From positions 1-37,646 of IMG/VR virus record IMGVR_UViG_3300013004_000008: DNA of 37,646 bases. The stretch is one strand, 5' to 3'. Positions 17,568 through 26,059 of this stretch are shown here, in pieces. The notes beneath the pieces were generated by a model. It had not been told where the DNA came from. It made no database searches and saw only the letters and a program-made list of their open reading frames with translations. The DNA is from a virus (lineage: Duplodnaviria > Caudoviricetes). Within the stretch, counting starts at the first letter, position 1. Each line of letters opens with the position of its first letter. The position numbers and the translations under genes were made by a program.

Positions 17568-19195
17568 CTGACGCGAAGCAGATCCTCCAACGCTACAAAG
17601 CCGCCGAATCTATTCGGTTGGCTATGCACAGCATTTGGAGGGATGTTGCCGTTCATGCCGATCCGCTCAACCGGGAGATCGGAGTCGATACCGCTACAGG
17701 CTGGACTCCATCTGTTACGGGCCAAGCCGCGATCTTCGACTCGACAATCAAGGAAGCGGCAAGGGTCTATGCTGCGGGATGCATGTCATGGATGACGCCT
17801 AGCGAGAGCAAGTGGTTCGCGTTCAACGCGCCCCGCATGTTCAGACAGGACGATGTCATCAAGTCATGGTATTCCGAATGCACCGACATCGCGTCTGAGA
17901 TCCTGGTGGGAACGAACTTCTACTCGGAGATCCACGATGTCTACGCGCAGGACGGTCCATACGGAACCTCCGGTTTGTTCATCCGCGAGAACTCCACCTA
18001 CGGATTGCACTTTGAGTCCTTCCAGATCGGAGAATACTCGATCCTTGAGAACAATCTGGGCGACATCGACACGGTTTTCCAGGTCAAGAAGTTCAGTCCT
18101 CGGCAGTGCTTGCAGGAGTTTGGCGAGAAGAAACTCACCGAAAGCATCCTCAAGAAACTGGAAGATCCCCTGACGGCAGACGATGAAACCATCGAGATGC
18201 TTCAGTTCATTGGTCCGCGCAATGAGCGGGACAGGTTCAGCAGGACGATCCAGAACGCTTCCATCGCATCCGTTTGGATCGAGAAAGCTAGCCAGACCAT
18301 CCTAAAGGAATCCGGTTACTACGAGAGTCCATTCGCCATTCACCGACACTTGAAGTGGGGACGTTGCCCTTACGGACGATCTCCCGGCATCGAGGCACTG
18401 TATGATGCGCGGCAGTTGAACTACATGCAGCAGCAGTTGGACACGCTTGTCGAGAAGCAAGTCACTCCTCCTGTCGTTGCCCCGGCTGAGTTTGAGGGCG
18501 TGATCGATCTGCGAGCTTCGGGCGTGACATTTACAACGGACATGGCTAACCGTCCGCAGTATTTCGGCAATCCCGGCAACTACCTGGTGGGCGAGGACCG
18601 CACTGAATTCCGCAAGCGGCAGATCAACAACTGCTTCCATGTCGAGCTGTTCCAAGCACTCGCATCCGTTCCGGTTGGCAAGCAGATGACGGCAGAGGAG
18701 GTCCGGCAACGCAGGTTCGACCGTGTTCCCAACTTCTCTCCTACCTTCGCTCGCAAGACTAGGGAACTCAGCGATCCGATCATGCGGCAGGTCTTCTCGA
18801 CATTGCTGCGACTTGGGGCATTCCCGCCAGCACCTCGACAACTGGTTCAACCTTTGGCTAACGGTGACGTATTTATTCCGCCACCGAACATCGTCTACAG
18901 CTCCAAGATGGCACTGGCGTTGCAGTCGATCCACAACGACGCATTCTTGGAAACGCTCAACCTCGCGAGCAACATCGCGCAGGCTCGACCGGACATCCTC
19001 GACAACCTGGATCTCGACGACGGGTTCCGCAACTACGCTCGCAATGCTGGCATCCTAGAGTCCTCCCTTGTGCCGGAACGGTCGCGGGATCAGATGCGGC
19101 AGCAACGGGCGCAGGCGCAAGCACAAGCGGAACAAGAGGCGGCAATGCTTGAAGAGAGCGATGCGGTGGCGAAGCTCGCAGGCGCGGCTAAATGA
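17564..19195 (+). CDS. Portal / head-tail connector (T7 gp8-like)
   Basis: 543 aa; IFDST, TP....WF, NFYSE, YGTS, PYGRSPG, MTAEEV, R.QRAQAQ motifs. Confidence 0.95.
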   Translation: MTDAKQILQRYKAAESIRLAMHSIWRDVAVHADPLNREIGVDTATGWTPSVTGQAAIFDSTIKEAARVYAAGCMSWMTPSESKWFAFNAPRMFRQDDVIKSWYSECTDIASEILVGTNFYSEIHDVYAQDGPYGTSGLFIRENSTYGLHFESFQIGEYSILENNLGDIDTVFQVKKFSPRQCLQEFGEKKLTESILKKLEDPLTADDETIEMLQFIGPRNERDRFSRTIQNASIASVWIEKASQTILKESGYYESPFAIHRHLKWGRCPYGRSPGIEALYDARQLNYMQQQLDTLVEKQVTPPVVAPAEFEGVIDLRASGVTFTTDMANRPQYFGNPGNYLVGEDRTEFRKRQINNCFHVELFQALASVPVGKQMTAEEVRQRRFDRVPNFSPTFARKTRELSDPIMRQVFSTLLRLGAFPPAPRQLVQPLANGDVFIPPPNIVYSSKMALALQSIHNDAFLETLNLASNIAQARPDILDNLDLDDGFRNYARNAGILESSLVPERSRDQMRQQRAQAQAQAEQEAAMLEESDAVAKLAGAAK

Positions 19196-19485
19196 GCATC
19201 GACGATATTATCTTTGGGCGCCATCCCGGCGAGGCAGACGATGCCTACGCTTCGCGAGTCGATGAGATTCAGCGAGCATTCCGCAACGTTCTCGCAAGCC
19301 TTGAGGGGCATAAGCTTATCGCACTCCTCACGCAGGCAATAAACCCAATCAAACCTCGATTCGGCGCAGGAGTGTCCCCTGAGATGGCAGCATTCCGCGA
19401 TGGGCAGGCGGATGTCATCGCAACGCTTTTAACCCGTGGGACGAACCTCGGGATGTCCAAACCAGACAACTACCACAACCAATGA
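19192..19485 (+). CDS. Post-portal protein (Bbp19-like)
   Basis: FRNVLASLEG...MAAFRDGQADV pattern and position. Confidence 0.75.
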   Translation: MSIDDIIFGRHPGEADDAYASRVDEIQRAFRNVLASLEGHKLIALLTQAINPIKPRFGAGVSPEMAAFRDGQADVIATLLTRGTNLGMSKPDNYHNQ

Positions 19486-19826
19486 CAACCGAAGAAAAAC
19501 GAACGGAGCTTGAAGCGGCAGGCATCAAAGTCCGAACCAATGCCTCGCCTGCCAGAGTAGACGACCTTTACGCCGAATACCAGGCTATGGTCGAGGAGCA
19601 TGGGCCGATTGTCACTGACGACATCGAGCCTGTCGAAGAGATCGCGCCAGTGAGGGTTGCGGTAACTAGTTCCGGCGACGATAGCATGGCTGAGTTCTAC
19701 AGATTCATGCTCGCGAACGGCAGCAAAATGTCTGGCGACAAGACTCCCATCGTTATCGAATGGGCGCGGCGGAACCTCACCGAAGAACAGTTCAACTCGC
19801 ACTACAATGGGAGGGTCAGCAAATGA
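19482..19826 (+). CDS. Hypothetical protein (114 aa)
   Basis: ATGA overlaps on both sides. Confidence 0.7.
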   Translation: MTTEEKRTELEAAGIKVRTNASPARVDDLYAEYQAMVEEHGPIVTDDIEPVEEIAPVRVAVTSSGDDSMAEFYRFMLANGSKMSGDKTPIVIEWARRNLTEEQFNSHYNGRVSK

Positions 19827-20644
19827 GCGAAGAAGCAACACTTTCCGCCCCGGCAGCAGTCGAATCTTCGGCAGCATACGGCACAACCGTATCGCCTGTC
19901 GATACATCGGCCACAACGGCGGCATCGACGGCATGGTATGGGCAATTGCCCGAAAGCCTCGCAGGCGACCAGAAGTTCTTCGATCAGTTCAAGGATCAGG
20001 AGTCGTTCATGCGATCCGCCAAGGAAACGAAGAGCGCACTCTCCCGCAAGATGGAAGGATACGTCAGAATTCCCGGCGAGAACGCGAGCGAGGACGACAT
20101 CGCTGCATATCACCAGGCTATCGGAGTTCCCGAAGATCCATCCGGCTACGAGATCTCAGCGGAGGAGGCAATCAACCTTCCCGGTTTTGATCCCGAAGCA
20201 CTCGGCCCGATCAAGGAAGCCGCGCATTCCCTTGGCCTTTCCGCTCAACAGTTTGAGGGACTTGTTGCCGCGCAAGCTCGCATCGAGTCCGCTCAGATCG
20301 CTGAGATGACACGGGCGGAAGAGGCACTCGTCAACCAGTGGGGCAACGACTTTGAATACAAGGTGATGGACATTCAGCAACGAGTAGGGGAAGTCCTCGA
20401 TCTTGATCAGATGCTGATGCCTCGGGCGGATGTCCTTCGCGCCCTAGACTTCCTTGCCGCAGATTTCCGGCAGGACACAACCGCAACTGGTCGCGCATCG
20501 ACTAGCGTGTCGAGCATCGAAGAGCAGATCGGCTCCATCCTGCAAAGTCCCGCCTACCGAAACGGGACCGACAAGGCAGCACGGGAGCGATTGCACGGTC
20601 TATATCGCGAGCAAGCAGCAAGAGAAGCAGCAACGCGAAGATAA
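19823..20644 (+). CDS. Capsid assembly scaffolding protein
   Basis: Acidic and helical; IPGENAS.DD...Y..IGVPE...Y, AHSLGLS..Q, L..QWG..F; directly before the capsid gene. Confidence 0.88.
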   Translation: MSEEATLSAPAAVESSAAYGTTVSPVDTSATTAASTAWYGQLPESLAGDQKFFDQFKDQESFMRSAKETKSALSRKMEGYVRIPGENASEDDIAAYHQAIGVPEDPSGYEISAEEAINLPGFDPEALGPIKEAAHSLGLSAQQFEGLVAAQARIESAQIAEMTRAEEALVNQWGNDFEYKVMDIQQRVGEVLDLDQMLMPRADVLRALDFLAADFRQDTTATGRASTSVSSIEEQIGSILQSPAYRNGTDKAARERLHGLYREQAAREAATRR

Positions 20645-20679
20645 TTTCCACCGCAAGGAATCGCTACCTAGCAATGGAG

Positions 20680-20724
20680 TCCCCACCCCGGTTTGTCGTT
20701 TTTCTGGGGTGGGGATATTTTTTT
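20680..20724 (+). terminator. Rho-independent terminator after the scaffold gene
   Basis: TCCCCACCCC...GGGGTGGGGA stem followed by a T7 run. Confidence 0.8.
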
Positions 20725-20726
20725 AC

Positions 20727-20751
20727 TTGCACAACTAGACTTTGACGCAAA
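20727..20751 (+). promoter_or_regulatory. Putative late promoter motif ahead of the capsid gene
   Basis: TTGCAC-N8-TTTGACGCAAA immediately after the terminator. Confidence 0.7.
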
Positions 20752-20771
20752 GGCATTAAGATAGTTCTTCA

Positions 20772-20842
20772 AATGGCCCCATGAAATGGGACTACCGGGA
20801 GAAGGCGAGCAACCAACGAATGGCCCCGCGAGGGATTACCGG
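20772..20842 (+). repeat. Tandem stem-loop repeat in the capsid 5' leader
   Basis: AATGGCCCC-atgaaat-GGGACTACCGG (20772-20798) and AATGGCCCC-gcga-GGGATTACCGG (20819-20842). Confidence 0.8.
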
Positions 20843-20885
20843 ACGGCAGGTGCAACACCTAAACTTCTAAACCCATTTCAAAATC

Positions 20886-21812
20886 ATGGCACTATCTATT
20901 GCCCACGGCATCCCAGAAGAATTCCGCCGCGAATTCACCAACAACCTCGAGCATGAGGTTCAACAGCTCCTCTCCAAGTTCTCCAGCCGCATCAAGGTTG
21001 AAGGCTTTGAAGGCAAGGAAAACATCTACAACTCCCTTGAGCCGCGTTCGTTCAAGAACCGCAACGGGCGACTTCAACAGTCCGCTCCTACGGAAGCCGA
21101 ACTTCACGCTCGCAAACTCACGAAGGTTCCGTTCTACGATCAGGCGATCTTCGACAAGTGGGACAAGGAGTTCCTTGGCAAGCTCGCCCTCCCTGACTCG
21201 GAAACGATCCAGGCGATGAAGGCTGCCTACGCTCGTCTCATCGACACCGAAGTCTGCAAAGCCGCAGACGCCACCGTTTACGGAGGTCAGGAACCGTATG
21301 TCACCGCTATCGATCTGCCGGACACGCAGAAGGTTAGCGTTCAACTTGGATCAAGCCCTGCTGCCAATATCGGACTCACTCCCGACAAACTGGTCAAGGC
21401 AATGCAGATCTTCAAGGAGAACGACATCTATCCCGAAGAGGAAGAGTTGATCCTTGCCATCAATCCGAAGGCAGAGCAAGACCTGTATACCTACGTCAAA
21501 AACTCAAGCAATGACGTATATGCAGCGATGATCTCCCGTTGGTTGGAATCCGGCGGATCGACCAAGCTGTTTGGTTTCACCGTGATCTGCACCAACCGGA
21601 TCGTGAACACTACCGCTACTGACATCGACAGTTGCTTCGCTTACTCGGCCAAACGTGGACTCTACATGGCTCCCGAAAAGCTTGAGATCCACATGGATGT
21701 CCTTCCAACTCAACAACATGCCTTGCAAATCAGCGCATATGCGACACTAGGCTTTATGCGACGTTTCGAGAAGGGTGTCGTTATGATCCCCTGCGACCGC
21801 AGTCCTGCCTAA
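20886..21812 (+). CDS. Major capsid protein
   Basis: 308 aa after the scaffold; VQQLLSKF, DKWD, AYARLID, G..KLFGFTVI..NR, R.EKGVV.I.C pattern of podovirus HK97-fold capsids. Confidence 0.93.
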   Translation: MALSIAHGIPEEFRREFTNNLEHEVQQLLSKFSSRIKVEGFEGKENIYNSLEPRSFKNRNGRLQQSAPTEAELHARKLTKVPFYDQAIFDKWDKEFLGKLALPDSETIQAMKAAYARLIDTEVCKAADATVYGGQEPYVTAIDLPDTQKVSVQLGSSPAANIGLTPDKLVKAMQIFKENDIYPEEEELILAINPKAEQDLYTYVKNSSNDVYAAMISRWLESGGSTKLFGFTVICTNRIVNTTATDIDSCFAYSAKRGLYMAPEKLEIHMDVLPTQQHALQISAYATLGFMRRFEKGVVMIPCDRSPA

Positions 21813-21843
21813 TCAATTCCACCACTGAAAGGAAAACCATCTC

Positions 21844-22317
21844 ATGGCATCTATTAATACCGCAGAACGAACCGCACAACTCGAAACGCTTTACAAGCGT
21901 GAGGTCTCTCCTTCTTATCGGCAGCTTCAAGCTCCCTTGAGAATCGCGAGCTATGAAACGATCACTCTCACCGCAAGCTCCGTTACCGCAGGCGACACTA
22001 TCGTCCTCGGAACGCTTGGTTGTGGCGGGCGAATCATCCCAGAGCATTGCCGGATTGTCGGCACGGGCGGAAGCGTTCAAGGAACCGTCAAGGTTCAGAA
22101 GGTCAATTCCGAAGGAACTGCTACTGATGTCACTGGCCTTGCTACGCTTGCCACTGATGAAACGGCAGTTCCGTTCCTCAAGAGGTCCGGTGCGCGCACG
22201 CTTGCCGATTTTGAAGCAACTGATTACCTTCAGTTGACAATCGGCACTGCGACCGCACTTGCTGCTGGCGACACTGTTGAGCTTTATCTGGCTTACTCGT
22301 CAGACGAAGCTTCCTGA
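21844..22317 (+). CDS. Probable capsid decoration / minor virion protein
   Basis: Beta-rich, Thr/Ala-rich 157 aa gene between the capsid gene and its terminator. Confidence 0.7.
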   Translation: MASINTAERTAQLETLYKREVSPSYRQLQAPLRIASYETITLTASSVTAGDTIVLGTLGCGGRIIPEHCRIVGTGGSVQGTVKVQKVNSEGTATDVTGLATLATDETAVPFLKRSGARTLADFEATDYLQLTIGTATALAAGDTVELYLAYSSDEAS

Positions 22318-22330
22318 TCCACTTCAACAT

Positions 22331-22364
22331 CCCGCTCATCCTTCGGGGTGAGCGGGTTTTCTTT
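22331..22364 (+). terminator. Rho-independent terminator after the capsid genes
   Basis: CCCGCTCATCC-TTCG-GGGTGAGCGGG followed by TTTTCTTT. Confidence 0.92.
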
Positions 22365-22368
22365 GAAT

Positions 22369-22439
22369 CGCGGGATAGTCTAGAGGTATGACGGGAGGTT
22401 CATATTCTCCAAACACGGGTTCGATTCCCGTTCCCGCAA
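22369..22439 (+). tRNA. tRNA with CAU anticodon (Met/fMet-like, atypical)
   Basis: Acceptor CGCGGGA/TCCCGCA, D-arm GTC/GAC, anticodon arm GGAGG-TTCATAT-TCTCC (CAT at 22401-22403), T-arm ACGGG-TTCGATT-CCCGT; CCA not encoded. Confidence 0.88.
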
Positions 22440-22451
22440 TCTACTGCGAAC

Positions 22452-23027
22452 ATGGCTGATGTAGACATCGCGAACCTAGCCCTCTCCCATCTGGGAGCGC
22501 AAAGGATCGCGTCACTGTCTGATACCAGCAAGAACGCTATCGCCTGCCGCCTGCATTACGACACGGTTCGCGACTCGCTACTCAGAACCAGGCTTTGGAA
22601 ATTCGCCATCGTCCCGGTCAAACTGTCGAAGCTTGCGGATGCTCCCATCTTCGGCTGGAGCAACGCATTCGTCCTCCCGCACGATTTCCTGCGTGTCGCT
22701 ACGTTCAACGGTTTCGAGGTCGATCTCCGCGCCTCAGAGTTCCGCATCGAGGGACTCACGCTACTGACTGACGCTGATGAGGCGCAGATCACCTACGTTC
22801 AGCGAGGAGTTTCCGCAGATCGCTTCGATTCCAACTTCGTCGAGGTGCTTGCCTACCGTCTCGCGGCAGCAATCGCGATGGAGATCACGCAGTCCGCCGA
22901 TCTCCGCAACATGATGGAGGCAATGGCGGCAGAGAAGCAGAAAAAGGCAGGACATGTCAACGCCGCACAAGGACGCTCGACCGTGATCTCGGGACCGTCT
23001 GACGCAGCATTCGGGAGGCACTATTAA
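22452..23027 (+). CDS. Tail tubular protein A / adaptor (T7 gp11-like), copy 1
   Basis: VDIANLALSHLGA..I.SL, YDTVRD.LL....WKFA, F.LP.DFLR, FD..F..VLA..LAA.IA. Confidence 0.9.
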   Translation: MADVDIANLALSHLGAQRIASLSDTSKNAIACRLHYDTVRDSLLRTRLWKFAIVPVKLSKLADAPIFGWSNAFVLPHDFLRVATFNGFEVDLRASEFRIEGLTLLTDADEAQITYVQRGVSADRFDSNFVEVLAYRLAAAIAMEITQSADLRNMMEAMAAEKQKKAGHVNAAQGRSTVISGPSDAAFGRHY

Positions 23028-26000
23028 TGGCTACACCTACCGACATCTGCAACATGGCGATCTCACGGTTGGGGCAACCGAAGATCAACGATATCGGCGA
23101 GAACTCAGCGGCAGCAATCGCTTGCCGCGATCACTTTGAACCAGTTCGGGATGCTCTCCTGCGCGGACATCCTTGGAACTTCGCGACCGTTAGGGCGGAT
23201 CTTGCTGAAGGTGCGACTCCCGAATACGGCTGGAGCAGATCCTTTACCCTGCCGGATGACTTCCTGCGACTCAATACCGTCAACGGAGTCGAGGCATCGA
23301 GGTGCGAGGCAGACTACTCCCTGACGTTTAGAACGATCTACAGCAACGCGGACACGCTCCAGGTTACCTACGTCAAGCAGATCGAGGACACTACCCTGTT
23401 CGATCCTCTGTTCGTCGAGGCATTCGTTCTTAAGCTTGCCGCAGCAATCGCTCCCAGCATCGCAGATCCCACTGAGAAGAGCGCGATGGAGGGACTGTCC
23501 GCTAGCAGGCTAAGGGATGCCGCCTTCGCAGACGCGAGCGAAAACCGCTCGATGATCTCGACAACGTCGATGGGCGCGGCATCCCGCTACTATCGACCGC
23601 AGGCAGTAGCATTCGACGCATGGGGACCGTCCGTTGGGATCAAGGGGGGGGACGGCTGGACTCCGCTGATTAGCCTCGTCAATGACGCAGGCAGGGAGGT
23701 TGTCTACGTCTACGATTGGACGGGCGGCGACGGCATCGCACCGAAACCGGGAATCGGCTACGTTGGCAGATACGGGATTGTTTCAAACATCGCGGATGCG
23801 GTTAGCATTCGTGGAACTAATGGACCCAACTCCGTCACTACGTCCACAACCACTAATATCTCGGGACTTCTGAAAGGTAATGGCAATGTCGTCTCTGCGG
23901 CTACTGCCGGAACCGATTATGCTGCCGCAGAACACACTCACGATGGGGATACACTCGGATTTGTTGAGAAGATTCAGTTCGATACGACTCCCACGGGAGT
24001 TGCTACAACCGTTGGGGATTTGATCTGGAATGTCGAGGAAGAGACGCTCGATCTACAGTTAGACGGGTTTTTGATGCATATCGGGCAGCACCTGATCTAC
24101 CATGCGCAAAATCAATCGGGATCGCCAATTGCCAAGGGCACTCCGGTCATGTTCGATGGAACGGATGGAGGTAGCGGAAAACTTCTCATCAAGCCCTGGG
24201 ATGGGACAGGTCCGGCAACCCTATTCATGGGGATAACCGGAGAAACATTTGCAAATGGACATCAAGGTAGCGTAGTGGCTTTTGGAAAACTCAGAGACAT
24301 CCAGACCAACGGCGCGAACTACAGTCAAACGTGGGCAAATGGAGAAATTATTTATGCAGGGACCAACGCAGTAAAACTGACAAATACAAAACCTTCTGCG
24401 CCAAATCCCATAGTTGAGGTGATGGCAGTAATCCGATCCCACGCTAACGCTGGGATTGTTTTTGTTCGCCCGAATTATTTCACTGCGGATGTCTTTGGAC
24501 CGTCGAGCGCGACCGATAACGCCATCGCTAGATTCGACGGGACGACCGGGAAGTTGATCCAAACTGGTGGCATCACCATCGCTGACGGGGCTACAGGCAC
24601 TTTGGCTGGGTCCAACTCCGGTGACGTTACGCTAACCGGAACCCCGAACTACCTGACTATCGCGAACCAAGTCATCACCCGTAACAACGTAAATCTGGGT
24701 TCCCACGTTACCGGGACTCTCCCTGTCGCGAACGGTGGCACTGGGCAAACTTCCCTTGGCGCGATCAACGCAGCCGACTTTGGGTCTGGCGCAGCAGCCG
24801 ATAACTACGTCCTCACCGCAGATGGCGCAGGAGGAGCGGCATGGGAAGTTTCGGGAGCGCCCATAACGGGGACGGGACTTGCTTACGTTCGCACGGGAGG
24901 CGATAACTCAACCGCAGTGATCGGCAATCCCTCAAAGCCTTATTCAACCGGACAGGCTGCGTGGAACGCGAACGCGACTAGTTTCGATTTTGGTCCCGGC
25001 TCATTTTCAATTGATGCGGCTTTTGGTAGCGGTGGGTATTCTTTGCCGATTTATGTGCAAGGCGCAGGTATTTCGGCCTCCACTCTTACATTTACATGGA
25101 GAGGGGAGGATGGAGTAGAGCAGAACGGATTTACCGCGCCGGATTTAAATCTTTCATCAGATAAAAGCGTCTACTTGATAGTCGCCATTGAGGGCGGGGA
25201 CGGAACATCCGCCGTATCAGACCCATATAACGGTGGAAACGTCGCCAATCATTATTTTTCTAATTGCTACATTAGCACATTGTCACTTACGCAAGGCGCA
25301 GGATGCAACGGTGGAACAAGCGGAACTCAAGCAACCTCTTCTGGTGCTGAGTTCACGACCATCGTCACGGGGGCACTTCAAGGCTCAACGATTTACAAAA
25401 ACGCAATCCTTGAGGCTGGAGTCTTTTCTCCTGACAAGCTAACAGATGGGAACAAGGGCAATATTACCGTCTCTGCATCAGGAACCGCATGGAGCGTAAA
25501 TCAAAACTCCTTACAGCTTGACACGCTTGTTGCCGCAACTGCCAAAGGGAAAATTATCGGAAGAAAAACCGCAGGGGCTGGCAATTTTGAGGAATGCGAC
25601 ATCTCTGATTTTATTACAATTACACCCCCCGCTGCAACAACATCTAACATCACAGACAACACAAACACTGTTTCCAATATTACCGGAATGTCCTTTTCTA
25701 TTGCTGCTAACGAAAAGGTTACGGCAATTTTTAAAGGTTTCTGGGCTACAAACACCTCTGGGTCTGGATTCAAATATGCGTTCACTGGCCCAAGTTCACC
25801 GACTGCCGTGCAGATTGGCGATTTTTGCCTTACGTCCGCGACTGCGGGTAGGACAGAATCCGGCATGACCGCATTCGGCACTGTCGCAACTCAAGGAGGT
25901 GGCACTCTGTTAAACAGTGCCATGCCGATCATGATTCAGATTTTTGTTAACAATGGGTCAACTCCCGGCACTGTTCAATTGCAAATGAGCGGAGAGGTCA

Positions 26001-26059
26001 ATGGCTCCACTTTCACGCTTTATAAAGGTTTCACGATGCAAGTCCTCAGAATCCCATGA
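23027..26059 (+). CDS. Tail tubular protein A copy 2 (aa 1-~189) fused to a long tail-fibre-like region
   Basis: The N-terminus aligns by eye along all of copy 1. The remainder is Gly/Thr/Ala/Ser-rich with common fibre segments (SATDNAIARFDGTTGKLIQ, VTGTLPVANGGTG, DGNKGNITVS). Confidence 0.88.
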   Translation: MATPTDICNMAISRLGQPKINDIGENSAAAIACRDHFEPVRDALLRGHPWNFATVRADLAEGATPEYGWSRSFTLPDDFLRLNTVNGVEASRCEADYSLTFRTIYSNADTLQVTYVKQIEDTTLFDPLFVEAFVLKLAAAIAPSIADPTEKSAMEGLSASRLRDAAFADASENRSMISTTSMGAASRYYRPQAVAFDAWGPSVGIKGGDGWTPLISLVNDAGREVVYVYDWTGGDGIAPKPGIGYVGRYGIVSNIADAVSIRGTNGPNSVTTSTTTNISGLLKGNGNVVSAATAGTDYAAAEHTHDGDTLGFVEKIQFDTTPTGVATTVGDLIWNVEEETLDLQLDGFLMHIGQHLIYHAQNQSGSPIAKGTPVMFDGTDGGSGKLLIKPWDGTGPATLFMGITGETFANGHQGSVVAFGKLRDIQTNGANYSQTWANGEIIYAGTNAVKLTNTKPSAPNPIVEVMAVIRSHANAGIVFVRPNYFTADVFGPSSATDNAIARFDGTTGKLIQTGGITIADGATGTLAGSNSGDVTLTGTPNYLTIANQVITRNNVNLGSHVTGTLPVANGGTGQTSLGAINAADFGSGAAADNYVLTADGAGGAAWEVSGAPITGTGLAYVRTGGDNSTAVIGNPSKPYSTGQAAWNANATSFDFGPGSFSIDAAFGSGGYSLPIYVQGAGISASTLTFTWRGEDGVEQNGFTAPDLNLSSDKSVYLIVAIEGGDGTSAVSDPYNGGNVANHYFSNCYISTLSLTQGAGCNGGTSGTQATSSGAEFTTIVTGALQGSTIYKNAILEAGVFSPDKLTDGNKGNITVSASGTAWSVNQNSLQLDTLVAATAKGKIIGRKTAGAGNFEECDISDFITITPPAATTSNITDNTNTVSNITGMSFSIAANEKVTAIFKGFWATNTSGSGFKYAFTGPSSPTAVQIGDFCLTSATAGRTESGMTAFGTVATQGGGTLLNSAMPIMIQIFVNNGSTPGTVQLQMSGEVNGSTFTLYKGFTMQVLRIP

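Noticed and set aside
22369-22439. tRNA as an attP/integration site
   Set aside because: No integrase or recombinase was recognised, and the tRNA is complete and lies within the structural genes.
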